This document shows, piece after piece, positions 47,316 through 56,467 of a DNA stretch of 64,000 nucleotides. Every line of letters starts with the position of its first letter. Within the stretch, counting starts at the first letter, position 1. The notes beneath the pieces were generated by a model. That model saw only the letters and a program-made list of their open reading frames with translations, did no database searches and was not told the DNA's origin. Source of the stretch: Rhizomicrobium sp. (lineage in GTDB: Bacteria > Pseudomonadota > Alphaproteobacteria > Micropepsales > Micropepsaceae); the NCBI GenBank assembly GCA_036269195.1, contig DATASO010000016.1:23112-87111 (forward strand). The letters are read 5' to 3'. The translations under genes and the position numbers were made by a program.

Positions 47316-47705
47316 ATGCCGGTTCCCGTGGCGGACATTTATGAGGCCGTTTCCGCACTTGAATTGAAATACGGCCGCAAATTCACTCCGGATGGTCATC
47401 TTGTGGGTTCGATTGGCGAAGTAATCGCAAAAGAAGCGTTCGATCTTGAACTTTATCCGATGCCGCATTCGGGGCATGATGCTCGCGATCGCCAAGGCCG
47501 GGATGTCCAAATAAAGCTCACAAGTAGAAATTGCGTCGCGTTGTATGCAAATTGCGACCGGCTCATCGTCATGCGTATCGTCTCGTCGGAAGAAGCAGAG
47601 GTTATTTACGACGGTGACGGCGATCCTGTTTGGGCCGCAGCACGTAGGCCCCAGAAAAATGGGCAGCGGCAGGTGAGCATTTCGACTTTGCGTAAACTCT
47701 CATAG
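47316..47705 (+). CDS. small uncharacterised protein with a PD-(D/E)xK-like motif (recalled as the DUF6998 family)
   Basis: 'FTPDGHLVGSIGEVIAKEAFDLEL...GHDARDRQGRDVQIK...KNGQRQVSISTLRKL' matches a widespread family I recall. Lower GC than the surroundings. Start at ATG 47316 (alternatives 47301/47256). Confidence 0.55.
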   Translation: MPVPVADIYEAVSALELKYGRKFTPDGHLVGSIGEVIAKEAFDLELYPMPHSGHDARDRQGRDVQIKLTSRNCVALYANCDRLIVMRIVSSEEAEVIYDGDGDPVWAAARRPQKNGQRQVSISTLRKLS

Positions 47706-47765
47706 GTGTCTCTAGGGAAATCCAACAATCTGCCGGGTAGCGGAAGCGACACGTCCGATGCTAGA

Positions 47766-47972
47766 ATGCGACTCATGGAAAGAGACGTAGCGCTGCACCG
47801 TTTCGGCAGCTTCGAGGACTTGAAAGCCGAGTCCTTCCGGTATTGGCGGCGCCAGCCGGAACACGCGCGGCTGGCGGCCGTTACCGAATTGAACTCGGAC
47901 ATGTGGGCATTGAAAGGCGCACGGGGCGATGCACCGCGACTTCAAAGAACTATTCGCCTGCTTAAACGCTGA
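47766..47972 (+). CDS. small hypothetical protein, upstream partner of the nucleotidyltransferase gene
   Basis: 'FEDLKAESFRYWRRQPEHARLAAVTEL...RLQRTIRLLKR' is a pattern I associate with small ORFs preceding minimal NTase genes. It overlaps the next ORF by 44 nt. Confidence 0.4.
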   Translation: MRLMERDVALHRFGSFEDLKAESFRYWRRQPEHARLAAVTELNSDMWALKGARGDAPRLQRTIRLLKR

Positions 47973-48413
47973 AGGAGTGCGCTACCTGGTCGTCGGCGGG
48001 TACGCGGTTTCACTGCACGCCGAGCCGCGAGCCACGAAGGATTTGGATATTCTTGTCGATCCTGCACCGAAAATGCCGTCGCATTGTTCCGTGCGCTCGC
48101 CGAATTCGGAGCGCCCCTGGAAGGAATGACACCAGAGAGCTTCGTTCAGCCGGGCAGTTTCTTCCGCATGGGTGTTCCCCCTATGATGGTGGACATCCTT
48201 CCGAACATCGCTGGCGTCGATTTTGAGGAGGCGTGGAATCGCCGCGTTGAAGCAGTCGTTGATCCAGAAGCTGGCTTGAACGCCCACTTCATTTCTGCAT
48301 CTGATCTGATTGCGGCGAAACTTGCGTCCGGCCGCACTCAGGATCTAGCCGACGCAGAAGCATTGCGAGCCGCCGGCCGAACGGAGGCGGACAACCAACC
48401 CAAAACCGAATAA
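47929..48413 (+). pseudogene. minimal nucleotidyltransferase-fold protein (MNT/DUF6036-like) disrupted by a 1-nt frameshift near 48069
   Basis: ORF 47929-48129 reads 'VRYLVVGGYAVSLHAEPRATKDLDILVDPAP' and then runs out of frame. Frame 0 continues 'ENAVALFRALAEFGAPLEG...GRTQDLADAEAL' to 48413. The two frames share the G at 48069. Confidence 0.7.
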
Positions 48414-48460
48414 CTGTTTCACAGGCCGTGCTTCAGGTTTCTCCACGCCATCAACGTCTG

Positions 48461-49099
48461 TCACCCCCCGAACAGAAAGCCGGCACCGTCGGCGATGAAA
48501 TGGGCGATCATGTTGCAGGACAGATCGCGGCGCCAAAGGTAAAGGCCCGCGAGAACAATACCGCCGAATGCCGGAATGAGCAGCGATGCCCATCCCCAAT
48601 ATCCGGCATGGGCGTAGGTGAACGCCGCCACGGAAAACAAAAACGCGAAAATCCGGCTTCCAGTCAGCTCTTGCGTCCTCTCAATGGAATAGCCGCGATA
48701 GGCGATTTCCTCGAACACCGCGGCGCGCAAAACAAGGATGACGCGGAACCACAGCGGGGTGTGCATCAACCCGGCCATGGCGCTCGTATTCATCTTGAGG
48801 TGCAGGGCCGGCATCACCACCGTGAAGATGGCCATGAACCCTGCGACCAGCAGGATGCCGGCGGCGATTCCGATAACCAGGCTTTTCCAGGTTGGCCGCT
48901 TCAATCCAATGGAGGTGAGAGGCCGTCTTTCAACCAGCAGGACGTAGGCAATGAGAATTGCGGTGACGATCCAGAAAAAGGCCTCGCGCTCGAGATGGCC
49001 CGTCATCGTCGTTCGCGCGGCCACGAGCCCGTTGATCGGGATCTCAGGCAATCCGACTGCGATCAGAAGGCCGATGACAATGATGATGAGCGCGCGCAT
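48461..49099 (-). CDS. CPBP family intramembrane glutamic endopeptidase
   Basis: Motifs 'AAVFEEIAYRGY', 'TYAHAGYW' and 'NMIAHFIAD'. Confidence 0.8.
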   Translation of the reverse strand: MRALIIIVIGLLIAVGLPEIPINGLVAARTTMTGHLEREAFFWIVTAILIAYVLLVERRPLTSIGLKRPTWKSLVIGIAAGILLVAGFMAIFTVVMPALHLKMNTSAMAGLMHTPLWFRVILVLRAAVFEEIAYRGYSIERTQELTGSRIFAFLFSVAAFTYAHAGYWGWASLLIPAFGGIVLAGLYLWRRDLSCNMIAHFIADGAGFLFGG

Positions 49100-49111
49100 T
49101 GGAATTGTCGG

Positions 49112-51286
49112 TTATTTGGGCGCTGAATTTGTGCGCGTTGCGGCGCCAGAAGGTTCGCCACCCAATCCCAGCTTCTGCCGGAAGAAGGTGTAGGAAAGCG
49201 CCCAGTATTCGGCTTCCTCGGCGTGGGTGGCCCCGGGGCCGTGGCCGCCTTCCGCAGCCTCGTTGAACAGCACGTCGTGGCCCTGCGCTTCCATCTTCGC
49301 GGCCATCATGCGCGCCCAGACCGGCGTGACGCGGTCATCCGTGGTTTCCGTGATGAACAGCACCGGCGGGTATGTCATGTTCGGCTGCACATTCTGATAG
49401 GCGGAATATTTCGCCAGCCATGCGCGATCCGCAGGCTTGGCCGGATCGCCATATTCGTCCACCCACGACTGGCCCGCGCCGAACCGCGTGTAACGCAGCA
49501 TGTCAATCAGCGGGCGCTGAACAACAACAGCGCCAAGCAATTCCGGGTGCTGTGTCATCGTCACGGTGGTCAGCACCCCGCCATTGGAAGCGCCCACAAT
49601 GCCGAGTTGCTTCGGCGTGGTGAGGCTGCGCCGTTCCAGATCCTTCGCCACAGCCGCGAAATCGTCGAAGGCGTGCTGGCGATTGGCTTTCAGTGCTGCC
49701 TGGTGCCAGGACGGTCCGAACTCGCCGCCGCCGCGAATGTTGGCAACGGCGATCGCGCCGCCTTTCGAAAACCACGGCTCGCCCGGATAGATCGGCCGGT
49801 GCCCATCGTTCCAGTACCAGGGATTCAGCGACAGCTCGAAGCCGCCATAACTATAGAGGATGGTGGGGACGGGCCCCTGCGCATCCTTCGGCCGGATGAG
49901 GAAATACGGTACCTTGGTGCCATCGGCAGATGTCGCCCAGTTCTGCGCGACCGACAAGTTGGAGGCGTCGAAACGGGCCGGCTCGGATTTGATTGCCTTC
50001 GGCGCGCCCGTGCCGTCATACGCATACAATGTCGGCGGCTGGGTGAAGCTCTCATAGGTGAAATAGGCTTCCGGCCCCCATTCATTGGCAGCGATCACTT
50101 CCGTCGAACCCTGTTTTGGCATCGGCAGCACGCTTTGCCGCCACTTGCCATCCGCAAAGCGGAACTCGTGGATCGAGCCGATGACATTTTCGTAGATCGG
50201 CGCAAACACGGCGTTCTGCCCCGCAGACACGCTTGCCGAAATCATGGCGTGCGGCCCTGGCGTGTACAGCACGGCTACCGGCTGCGTTTTTCCGGTCTGG
50301 ATAAAGGTGAGAACCGGGAACGCCACCAGCGCGCCTTTCGCGATTGTCTTGCCGCCCGCCGGCTTCCACGCATCGCGCAAAGTGAAGATCAATTGCCCCT
50401 GCGTTACGCCCTTGATTTCGGCGCCGCGGGGAATCGGCAGTTGCTCCACGCTGCCGTCGATCTTCACAAAGAAATAATCGGCAGTGAAGAAAGTGATCTG
50501 GCGCTGAATCAGCGGGACAACCCCATAGGGCCGGTGAAACACCAGGACGTTTGCGCCGACATCGTCAGGCTTGGCCTCATAAACCGTTTTCGCCTCCGAA
50601 AGCGGCTCACCGCGGTGCCAGAGCTTCACCACGCGCGGATAAGACGAGGACGTCAGCGTGCCCGGACCGAAATCGGACGCGAACAGCACGGTGATGGAGT
50701 CGATGTAGCGGGCCTGCGATTTGGCTTCGGCCAGCGAAAAGGCAGCGTCTACGAATTTTCCGGCTTTGGGATCGAACTCGTGCACTTCGTGCGCATCGGT
50801 GCCGCCCGGTGAAAGCGAAACCAGGCACCGGGTGAAACCCGGCGTGCAATCTGCGCCTTGCCACACCCAGTTCTTGCCGGTGTCGTGGTCGTATTTGTCG
50901 ACGTCGAACAGCACCTGCCAATTCGGATTGGGCTGCGCGTAATCGGCAACAGTGGTACGCCGCCACAGCCCGCGCACGTGATCGGCATCCTGCCAGAAAT
51001 TGAACACCCATTGATGGTCGACAATATCGGGAAGGGGAATGCGGTCGTTCGCATTCAGGATTTGCAGCAGCCTGTCATAGTCTTTGCGGTAACCGGGATC
51101 GGCCTTTAGCGCGGCGTCGCTCCTGGCGTTCTGTGCTTTCACCCAGTCCAGCGCCTTCGCGCCGTTGATGTCTGAAAGCCAGAGATGTGGATCGCTGTCG
51201 GCCACAGGGTTGTCCGCCGCTGAAACGATCTGCCATCCCGCCGCCGCGGCTGCCGCAAGCGTCAAAGCCAGAATCCGCAATTTCAT
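49112..51286 (-). CDS. prolyl oligopeptidase (S9A) family serine peptidase, secreted
   Basis: 724 aa with signal peptide 'LTLAAAAAAGWQIVSA', a beta-propeller N-domain, a catalytic 'GASNGG' Ser and a 'GGHG' His region. Confidence 0.88.
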   Translation of the reverse strand: MKLRILALTLAAAAAAGWQIVSAADNPVADSDPHLWLSDINGAKALDWVKAQNARSDAALKADPGYRKDYDRLLQILNANDRIPLPDIVDHQWVFNFWQDADHVRGLWRRTTVADYAQPNPNWQVLFDVDKYDHDTGKNWVWQGADCTPGFTRCLVSLSPGGTDAHEVHEFDPKAGKFVDAAFSLAEAKSQARYIDSITVLFASDFGPGTLTSSSYPRVVKLWHRGEPLSEAKTVYEAKPDDVGANVLVFHRPYGVVPLIQRQITFFTADYFFVKIDGSVEQLPIPRGAEIKGVTQGQLIFTLRDAWKPAGGKTIAKGALVAFPVLTFIQTGKTQPVAVLYTPGPHAMISASVSAGQNAVFAPIYENVIGSIHEFRFADGKWRQSVLPMPKQGSTEVIAANEWGPEAYFTYESFTQPPTLYAYDGTGAPKAIKSEPARFDASNLSVAQNWATSADGTKVPYFLIRPKDAQGPVPTILYSYGGFELSLNPWYWNDGHRPIYPGEPWFSKGGAIAVANIRGGGEFGPSWHQAALKANRQHAFDDFAAVAKDLERRSLTTPKQLGIVGASNGGVLTTVTMTQHPELLGAVVVQRPLIDMLRYTRFGAGQSWVDEYGDPAKPADRAWLAKYSAYQNVQPNMTYPPVLFITETTDDRVTPVWARMMAAKMEAQGHDVLFNEAAEGGHGPGATHAEEAEYWALSYTFFRQKLGLGGEPSGAATRTNSAPK

Positions 51287-51384
51287 CGCTGTCCACCCAA
51301 AATGCCGGCTGATTTTCCCGAGAATTGTCGTGAATCGTCAATTGCGCTGGCCGATGCAAGTCCGCCGCCCTATATAGCCGCCCG

Positions 51385-52212
51385 ATGACGCCCTTTCTCA
51401 AGATGCACGGCCTGGGAAACGATTTCGTCGTGTTCGATGCGCGAAACCGGCCGGTTTCGTTCTCGCGGGCAGAGACCTGCGCCATTGCCGACCGCCGCCT
51501 GGGGATCGGCTGCGATCAGGTGATTGTGATCGAAAACAGCGCGAATGGGGCCGACGCGCGGATGCGCATCTACAATGCCGACGGTGGCGAGGTTGAGAGC
51601 TGCGGCAATGCCGCCCGATGCGTCGGAAACCTTTTGATGCGGGAAATTGGGCGCGACTGTATCCGGCTGGACACGGAAGGCGGCCCGCTGGTGTGCCATG
51701 CCTCGGGGGGGCGCATTACCGTGGACATGGGTGTCCCGCGCTTCAATTGGCGCGATATCCCGCTCTCCAACGAAGTGGATACGCCTTCTTTCACCATCAA
51801 GCTTGATGATCACGCGATTGCCGGCTCTGCGGTTTCGATGGGCAATCCACACTTCGTGGTTTTCTTGGAGAACGCCGAAACAGCGCCGGTTGCTGAACTG
51901 GGGCCGGCTATCGAACGCCATCCGATGTTTCCCGAGCGCACCAATGTGGAGTTCGCCGAGGTGATGGCGTCGGATCGCTTGCGGATGCGGGTTTGGGAGC
52001 GGGGCGCAGGGATTACGCGCGCCTGCGGCACCGGCGCTTGCGCATCGGCGGTGGCCGCCCAGCGGCGTGGACTCTGCGGCAAGAAGGTAGAGGTTATGCT
52101 CGATGGCGGAGCGCTGACCATCGAATGGCAGGGCGGGAATGCATCCGTACTTATGACCGGACCAGCAGCCTTGAGTTTCCGCGGGGAGATCGATTTGGGA
52201 GCGTTGCGATGA
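51385..52212 (+). CDS. dapF: diaminopimelate epimerase
   Basis: 'FLKMHGLGNDFVVFD', 'SCGNAARC' and 'ACGTGACA' catalytic Cys motifs. Confidence 0.95.
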   Translation: MTPFLKMHGLGNDFVVFDARNRPVSFSRAETCAIADRRLGIGCDQVIVIENSANGADARMRIYNADGGEVESCGNAARCVGNLLMREIGRDCIRLDTEGGPLVCHASGGRITVDMGVPRFNWRDIPLSNEVDTPSFTIKLDDHAIAGSAVSMGNPHFVVFLENAETAPVAELGPAIERHPMFPERTNVEFAEVMASDRLRMRVWERGAGITRACGTGACASAVAAQRRGLCGKKVEVMLDGGALTIEWQGGNASVLMTGPAALSFRGEIDLGALR

Positions 52213-53462
52213 ACGCGCCGCAAATCATCACCTTTGGGTGCCGCCTCAATGCCTATGAATCGGAGGCGATCCGCGTCCAGGCGGTGGCTGCGGGGCTTAC
52301 CAACGCCGTCATTGTCAACACCTGCGCCGTGACCGCCGAAGCGATGCGGCAGTCGCGGCAGGCGATCCGCAAGGCACGCCGCAGCAACACAGATGCAAAG
52401 ATCATCGTCACGGGTTGTGCGGCGCAGATCGAGCCCGCAGCGTTTTCTGCCATGCCGGAAGTGGACCTCGTGTTGGGAAACGAGGAAAAACTTCAGACCA
52501 AGAGTTACGCCGATTTCGGCGTTACCCAAGCCGAGCGCGTGCGCGTCAACGACATTTTCGCGGTGCGCGCAATTGCTTCGCATTTCGTCGATTCCTTCGA
52601 CGGCCGCGCACGCGCCTTCCTGCAGGTGCAGAACGGCTGCGATCATCGCTGCACCTTCTGCATCATTCCTTATGGGCGGGGGAATTCGCGTAGCGTTCCC
52701 ATGGGCGCGGTTGTGGACGAAGCACGCAGGCTTACAGAGCGCGGCTACGGGGAAGTCGTGCTGACCGGCGTAGACCTCACCAGTTACGGCGCGGATTTGC
52801 CTGGCACACCCAGCCTAGGGCAATTATGCGAGAAAATCCTGAAGCAGCTTCCGGAATTGCGCCGCCTGCGGCTCTCGTCCATCGATTCCATCGAAGCTGA
52901 TCCGATACTCATGCGCGTGATTGCCGAGGAGAAGCGGCTGGCACCGCATTTTCATTTGTCCGTCCAGTCCGGGGACGACATGATCCTCAAGCGCATGAAG
53001 CGGCGCCATTCGCGCACGCACACCATTGAATTCTGCAAGAAGGTCCGGCGCCTGCGACCGGATGCGGCATTCGGCGCGGACTTGATCGCCGGCTTTCCAA
53101 CCGAAACTGACGATATGTTCGCAAATACAATGAAGCTCATCGCGGACGCAGGCTTGAGCTACCTGCACGTGTTCCCGTTTAGCCCCCGCAAAGGCACGCC
53201 CGCGGCGCGGATGCCGCAAGTGCCCAAACCTGTTGTCAAGGAGCGGGCGGCACGCCTGCGGGAGAAAGGCGCCGTCGCGCTGGCCAGCCGAATGCAGTCG
53301 CTGGTGCATACCGGCCAGACTGTGTTGATCGAAAAGTATGGGGTTGGAAGGACGGCTTGTTTCGCGCACGTGCAATTCGAAGGCGGCGCAATGCCGGGGT
53401 CATTCGTTCCCGCACGAATTACCGCGGCAACCCCAACGCATCTGATCGCAGCCCTGCAATGA
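52209..53462 (+). CDS. mtaB: tRNA (N6-threonylcarbamoyladenosine37) methylthiotransferase MtaB
   Basis: 'ITFGCRLNAYESE' and radical-SAM 'CDHRCTFCIIP'. Start set at ATG 52209, overlapping the dapF stop. Confidence 0.9.
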   Translation: MNAPQIITFGCRLNAYESEAIRVQAVAAGLTNAVIVNTCAVTAEAMRQSRQAIRKARRSNTDAKIIVTGCAAQIEPAAFSAMPEVDLVLGNEEKLQTKSYADFGVTQAERVRVNDIFAVRAIASHFVDSFDGRARAFLQVQNGCDHRCTFCIIPYGRGNSRSVPMGAVVDEARRLTERGYGEVVLTGVDLTSYGADLPGTPSLGQLCEKILKQLPELRRLRLSSIDSIEADPILMRVIAEEKRLAPHFHLSVQSGDDMILKRMKRRHSRTHTIEFCKKVRRLRPDAAFGADLIAGFPTETDDMFANTMKLIADAGLSYLHVFPFSPRKGTPAARMPQVPKPVVKERAARLREKGAVALASRMQSLVHTGQTVLIEKYGVGRTACFAHVQFEGGAMPGSFVPARITAATPTHLIAALQ

Positions 53463-54403
53463 GGACATTTGGCGAAGCGCCTCCGCCGCCGACCCTGTTC
53501 GAGCGGCTGAAGGAAGGTCTTTCCCGCTCCAGCGGGGGCTTGAGCGATAATCTGGCCGGCGTCTTCACGCGCAAGAAACTGGATGCGCAGACCATCGAGG
53601 AACTGGAGGAAGCACTGGTCCGGGCCGATCTCGGCGCCGCGCTGGCCTCACGCATTTCACAGAACATCGGGCGCGAGCGCTTTGACTGGCTGATTTCCGA
53701 AGCCGAGCTGCGGCGCGTATTGGCCGACGAGATGCTCAGCACTCTCAAGCCGGCCGAAAAACCGTTTATCGTCGACTCCGCCAAGAAACCATTTGTCATT
53801 CTCGTTGCCGGTGTGAATGGCACGGGCAAAACGACCACCATCGGCAAATTGGCGCTGCGCTTGGCCCGTGAGGGGAAGAAAGTTGTCCTTGCGGCCGGCG
53901 ATACCTTCCGTGCTGCCGCGATCGAGCAGTTGCAAATCTGGGGCGAGCGCACTGGCGCCGAGGTGGTGGCGCGAGAGGCCGGCGCCGACGCAGCCGGGCT
54001 CGCATTCGAAGCGCTGGAAAAGGCGCAGGCGGCCAACGCCGATGTGCTCCTCATCGATACCGCAGGCCGTCTGCATAACAAGGCGGGGCTGATGGCCGAA
54101 CTGGAGAAGATCGCCCGTGTCATCCGCAAGCTCGATGCCACGGCACCGCACGCCGTTATCCTCGTGCTGGACGCCACCACGGGGCAGAACGCGATCGCCC
54201 AGGTAGAGGCGTTCAAAAATATCGTGCCGCTCACGGGCTTGATCATGACCAAGTTGGACGGGACGGCAAAAGGCGGCATTCTTGTAGCGCTGGCGGACAG
54301 GTTTGGACTGCCTGTTTACTTTATTGGAGTAGGAGAGCAGGCGGACGATCTGCAGGTGTTCGACGCCGGCAAGTTCGCCAATCTCCTCACGGGTGCACGA
54401 TGA
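53459..54403 (+). CDS. ftsY: signal recognition particle receptor FtsY
   Basis: 'GVNGTGKTTT', 'DTAGRL' and 'TKLDGTAKGG' motifs. Start set at ATG 53459, overlapping the mtaB stop. Confidence 0.93.
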   Translation: MRTFGEAPPPPTLFERLKEGLSRSSGGLSDNLAGVFTRKKLDAQTIEELEEALVRADLGAALASRISQNIGRERFDWLISEAELRRVLADEMLSTLKPAEKPFIVDSAKKPFVILVAGVNGTGKTTTIGKLALRLAREGKKVVLAAGDTFRAAAIEQLQIWGERTGAEVVAREAGADAAGLAFEALEKAQAANADVLLIDTAGRLHNKAGLMAELEKIARVIRKLDATAPHAVILVLDATTGQNAIAQVEAFKNIVPLTGLIMTKLDGTAKGGILVALADRFGLPVYFIGVGEQADDLQVFDAGKFANLLTGAR

Positions 54404-55011
54404 GCGAGATCAAGCCCCGAAAAATAGGACCGTTGGCACGGCTTGCCTTCGATCTCGGGCCGCTGCTGACTTTTTTCGCATCCTACCAATTGGCAGGCGG
54501 AGGTCATGCAAAAAACCCGCATGACCATCACGCACTTTTCGTAGCGACTGGCGCGTTCATGGTAGCCGCAGTCGTTGCGCTGGCCGCGGATTACGCCATA
54601 GAGCGGAAGATTTCGCCCGTCCCGCTATTTACTGTTGTTCTAGTGATGATCTTCGGCGGACTCACACTCTGGCTGCGAAACGACACATTCATCAAAATGA
54701 AGCCAACCGTGCTGTACGCGGCATTTGGCCTTACCTTGCTCGTAGGCCTTCGGTTCGGCCATCTCTTCATCAAATATGTTTTCGCCGCGGCTTTCGAGCT
54801 GACCGAAATTGGGTGGCGAAAACTCACTTGGCGCTGGGGCTTATTCCTCATCGCGCTTGCTGTTTTGAACGAGGTGATTTGGCGCAATCTGCCGGAGCCG
54901 ACTTGGGTGAAATTCAAGGTGTTCGGAATCATTCCCCTGATGATATTGTTTGCGTTGGCCCAGCTGCCGCTGCTGCTGAAGTACGAATTGAAAGAAGATT
55001 CTCGGCAATAA
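54400..55011 (+). CDS. yciB: septation protein A (YciB/IspZ family)
   Basis: 5-TM protein with 'DLGPLLTFFASY' and 'MKPTVLYAAFG' motifs. Follows ftsY. Confidence 0.88.
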   Translation: MSEIKPRKIGPLARLAFDLGPLLTFFASYQLAGGGHAKNPHDHHALFVATGAFMVAAVVALAADYAIERKISPVPLFTVVLVMIFGGLTLWLRNDTFIKMKPTVLYAAFGLTLLVGLRFGHLFIKYVFAAAFELTEIGWRKLTWRWGLFLIALAVLNEVIWRNLPEPTWVKFKVFGIIPLMILFALAQLPLLLKYELKEDSRQ

Positions 55012-55242
55012 GGGGTTGCGCTCCTTGTGAGGCTCGCTGCCAGCCGCGGTTTACCAGTACAATGCAAGAAAATTTTTTTGCGGGATTCGCTTGCTGACCG
55101 TTGTGGCCGCGCCGGGCTTTCCATTAGTGTTCATGCCCTGCCCAACGATCCAAGTTAGTGGTGGGTGCAGGGGGAGATTTTCAGGACATTATCTGAACGG
55201 CCGCGTTAGACGAGTCCGGCGAACAATTGCAGGGGTGCCTTC

Positions 55243-55761
55243 ATGCCATCCAGAACACCGCGGCAGGCGAACGGCAATCACGAACTTGCCGAGACGCCGT
55301 CGCATCTCATGCGCCGATGCGAACAATTTTATGCGGATCTCTACGCGCGCGAAGCCGGCGGATGCGATCTGACGCGTTCGCAACTGACGGTGTTGCTGGC
55401 GCTCGACAACAATGACGGCGTGAGTCAGACGGCGCTTGTCGAGATGACGGGAATCGATCGCTCGACACTGGCGGAGATGGTTCGTCGCATGCTTGAGCGT
55501 AACCTGATTACACGCAAGCGCACCGAAACGGATTTGCGCGCGAATGCGGTCGCGATCACGCAAGCCGGACGCAAAGCATTGCGTTCGGCGCGTTCCGCCG
55601 CGGAGCGGGCGGAAAGGGCCCTGCTGGAGGCGTTGCCGCCGACGGAGCGCCCGCGCTTCCTCAAATGCCTCTCGGCGATTGCATCGGCCGGGGCAACCGT
55701 CGGGAACAGCGCGCCTGCGTTCCGCCGCAAGATGCGACGCGCGGCAGAGCGCAATCGCTAA
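55243..55761 (+). CDS. MarR family transcriptional regulator
   Basis: The winged HTH 'LTRSQLTVLLALDNNDGVSQTALVEMTGIDRSTLAEMVRRMLERNLITRKR' is typical of MarR. Confidence 0.85.
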   Translation: MPSRTPRQANGNHELAETPSHLMRRCEQFYADLYAREAGGCDLTRSQLTVLLALDNNDGVSQTALVEMTGIDRSTLAEMVRRMLERNLITRKRTETDLRANAVAITQAGRKALRSARSAAERAERALLEALPPTERPRFLKCLSAIASAGATVGNSAPAFRRKMRRAAERNR

Positions 55762-56315
55762 CCTGACGCCGGCCCCGCCTTGGCGCGGGCGGCCTCGATG
55801 GCCGGAAGTAGTGTGCTGCTCAGAACATCGTCCGTGATAGGGCCAGAATAACGCAGCCGTATCAAGCCTTTGCCGTCGATCACGAATGTCTCCGGGACAT
55901 CGTACACACCCCAGTCGATGGCCGCCCGGCCTTCGGAATCCAGATCGATCCGGGCGAACGGATTGCCGTTCTCCCGCAAGAATTGGCGCGCCTGTCCAGC
56001 CTTGTCCTTATAGACCAGCCCATAAAGCACTACGCCGCGCAACTGCTTCACGCGATCGAGCATCGGCGCCTCCACGCGGCATGGCACGCACCACGATGCC
56101 CACACATTCAGCACCGTCACGTGGCCCGCTGTCAGATCGGCGCGGGTGAAACCGCCTGCGTCGCCATCAAGCGGTGGAAGCGAGAATTCCGGCGCAGGCT
56201 TGTTCAGCAACGCGGACGGCAACTGATCGTGCGGCGGCGCATACAGGCTGTCGAACAGCAGATATGCCAGGATGCCAAACACCGCGACGGGAATGGCGTA
56301 AAGCAGGTGCTTCAT
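55758..56315 (-). CDS. ccmG: thiol:disulfide interchange protein DsbE/CcmG
   Basis: 'VLNVWASWCVPCRVE' (CxxC) and 'GVYDVPETFVID'. Start set at ATG 56315. Confidence 0.9.
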   Translation of the reverse strand: MKHLLYAIPVAVFGILAYLLFDSLYAPPHDQLPSALLNKPAPEFSLPPLDGDAGGFTRADLTAGHVTVLNVWASWCVPCRVEAPMLDRVKQLRGVVLYGLVYKDKAGQARQFLRENGNPFARIDLDSEGRAAIDWGVYDVPETFVIDGKGLIRLRYSGPITDDVLSSTLLPAIEAARAKAGPASG

Positions 56316-56467
56316 TTCTGATTCCGCTCGGCTGCCGAAAGCCGAGTTTTCGCGCGATAATAGGCACGCATACTCAACACGACGGCGGCGAGGATGCCGA
56401 GCGCGCTGATGCCGTAAGCGGGCCACACGAACGCGGCGTATTTGCCCATTGCGAGAAACGGCGGCAT
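56312..56467 (-). CDS. ccmD: heme exporter protein CcmD
   Basis: 51 aa single-TM protein 'GKYAAFVWPAYGISALGILAAVVL'. Position between ccmC and ccmG. Alternative start ATG 56449. Confidence 0.75.
   Translation of the reverse strand: MPPFLAMGKYAAFVWPAYGISALGILAAVVLSMRAYYRAKTRLSAAERNQK

Noticed and set aside
52932-52948. Sigma54-like TGGCAC-N5-TTTCA.
   Set aside because: It is internal to the mtaB coding sequence, its -12 element deviates (TTTC rather than TTGC), and no downstream gene start is present.
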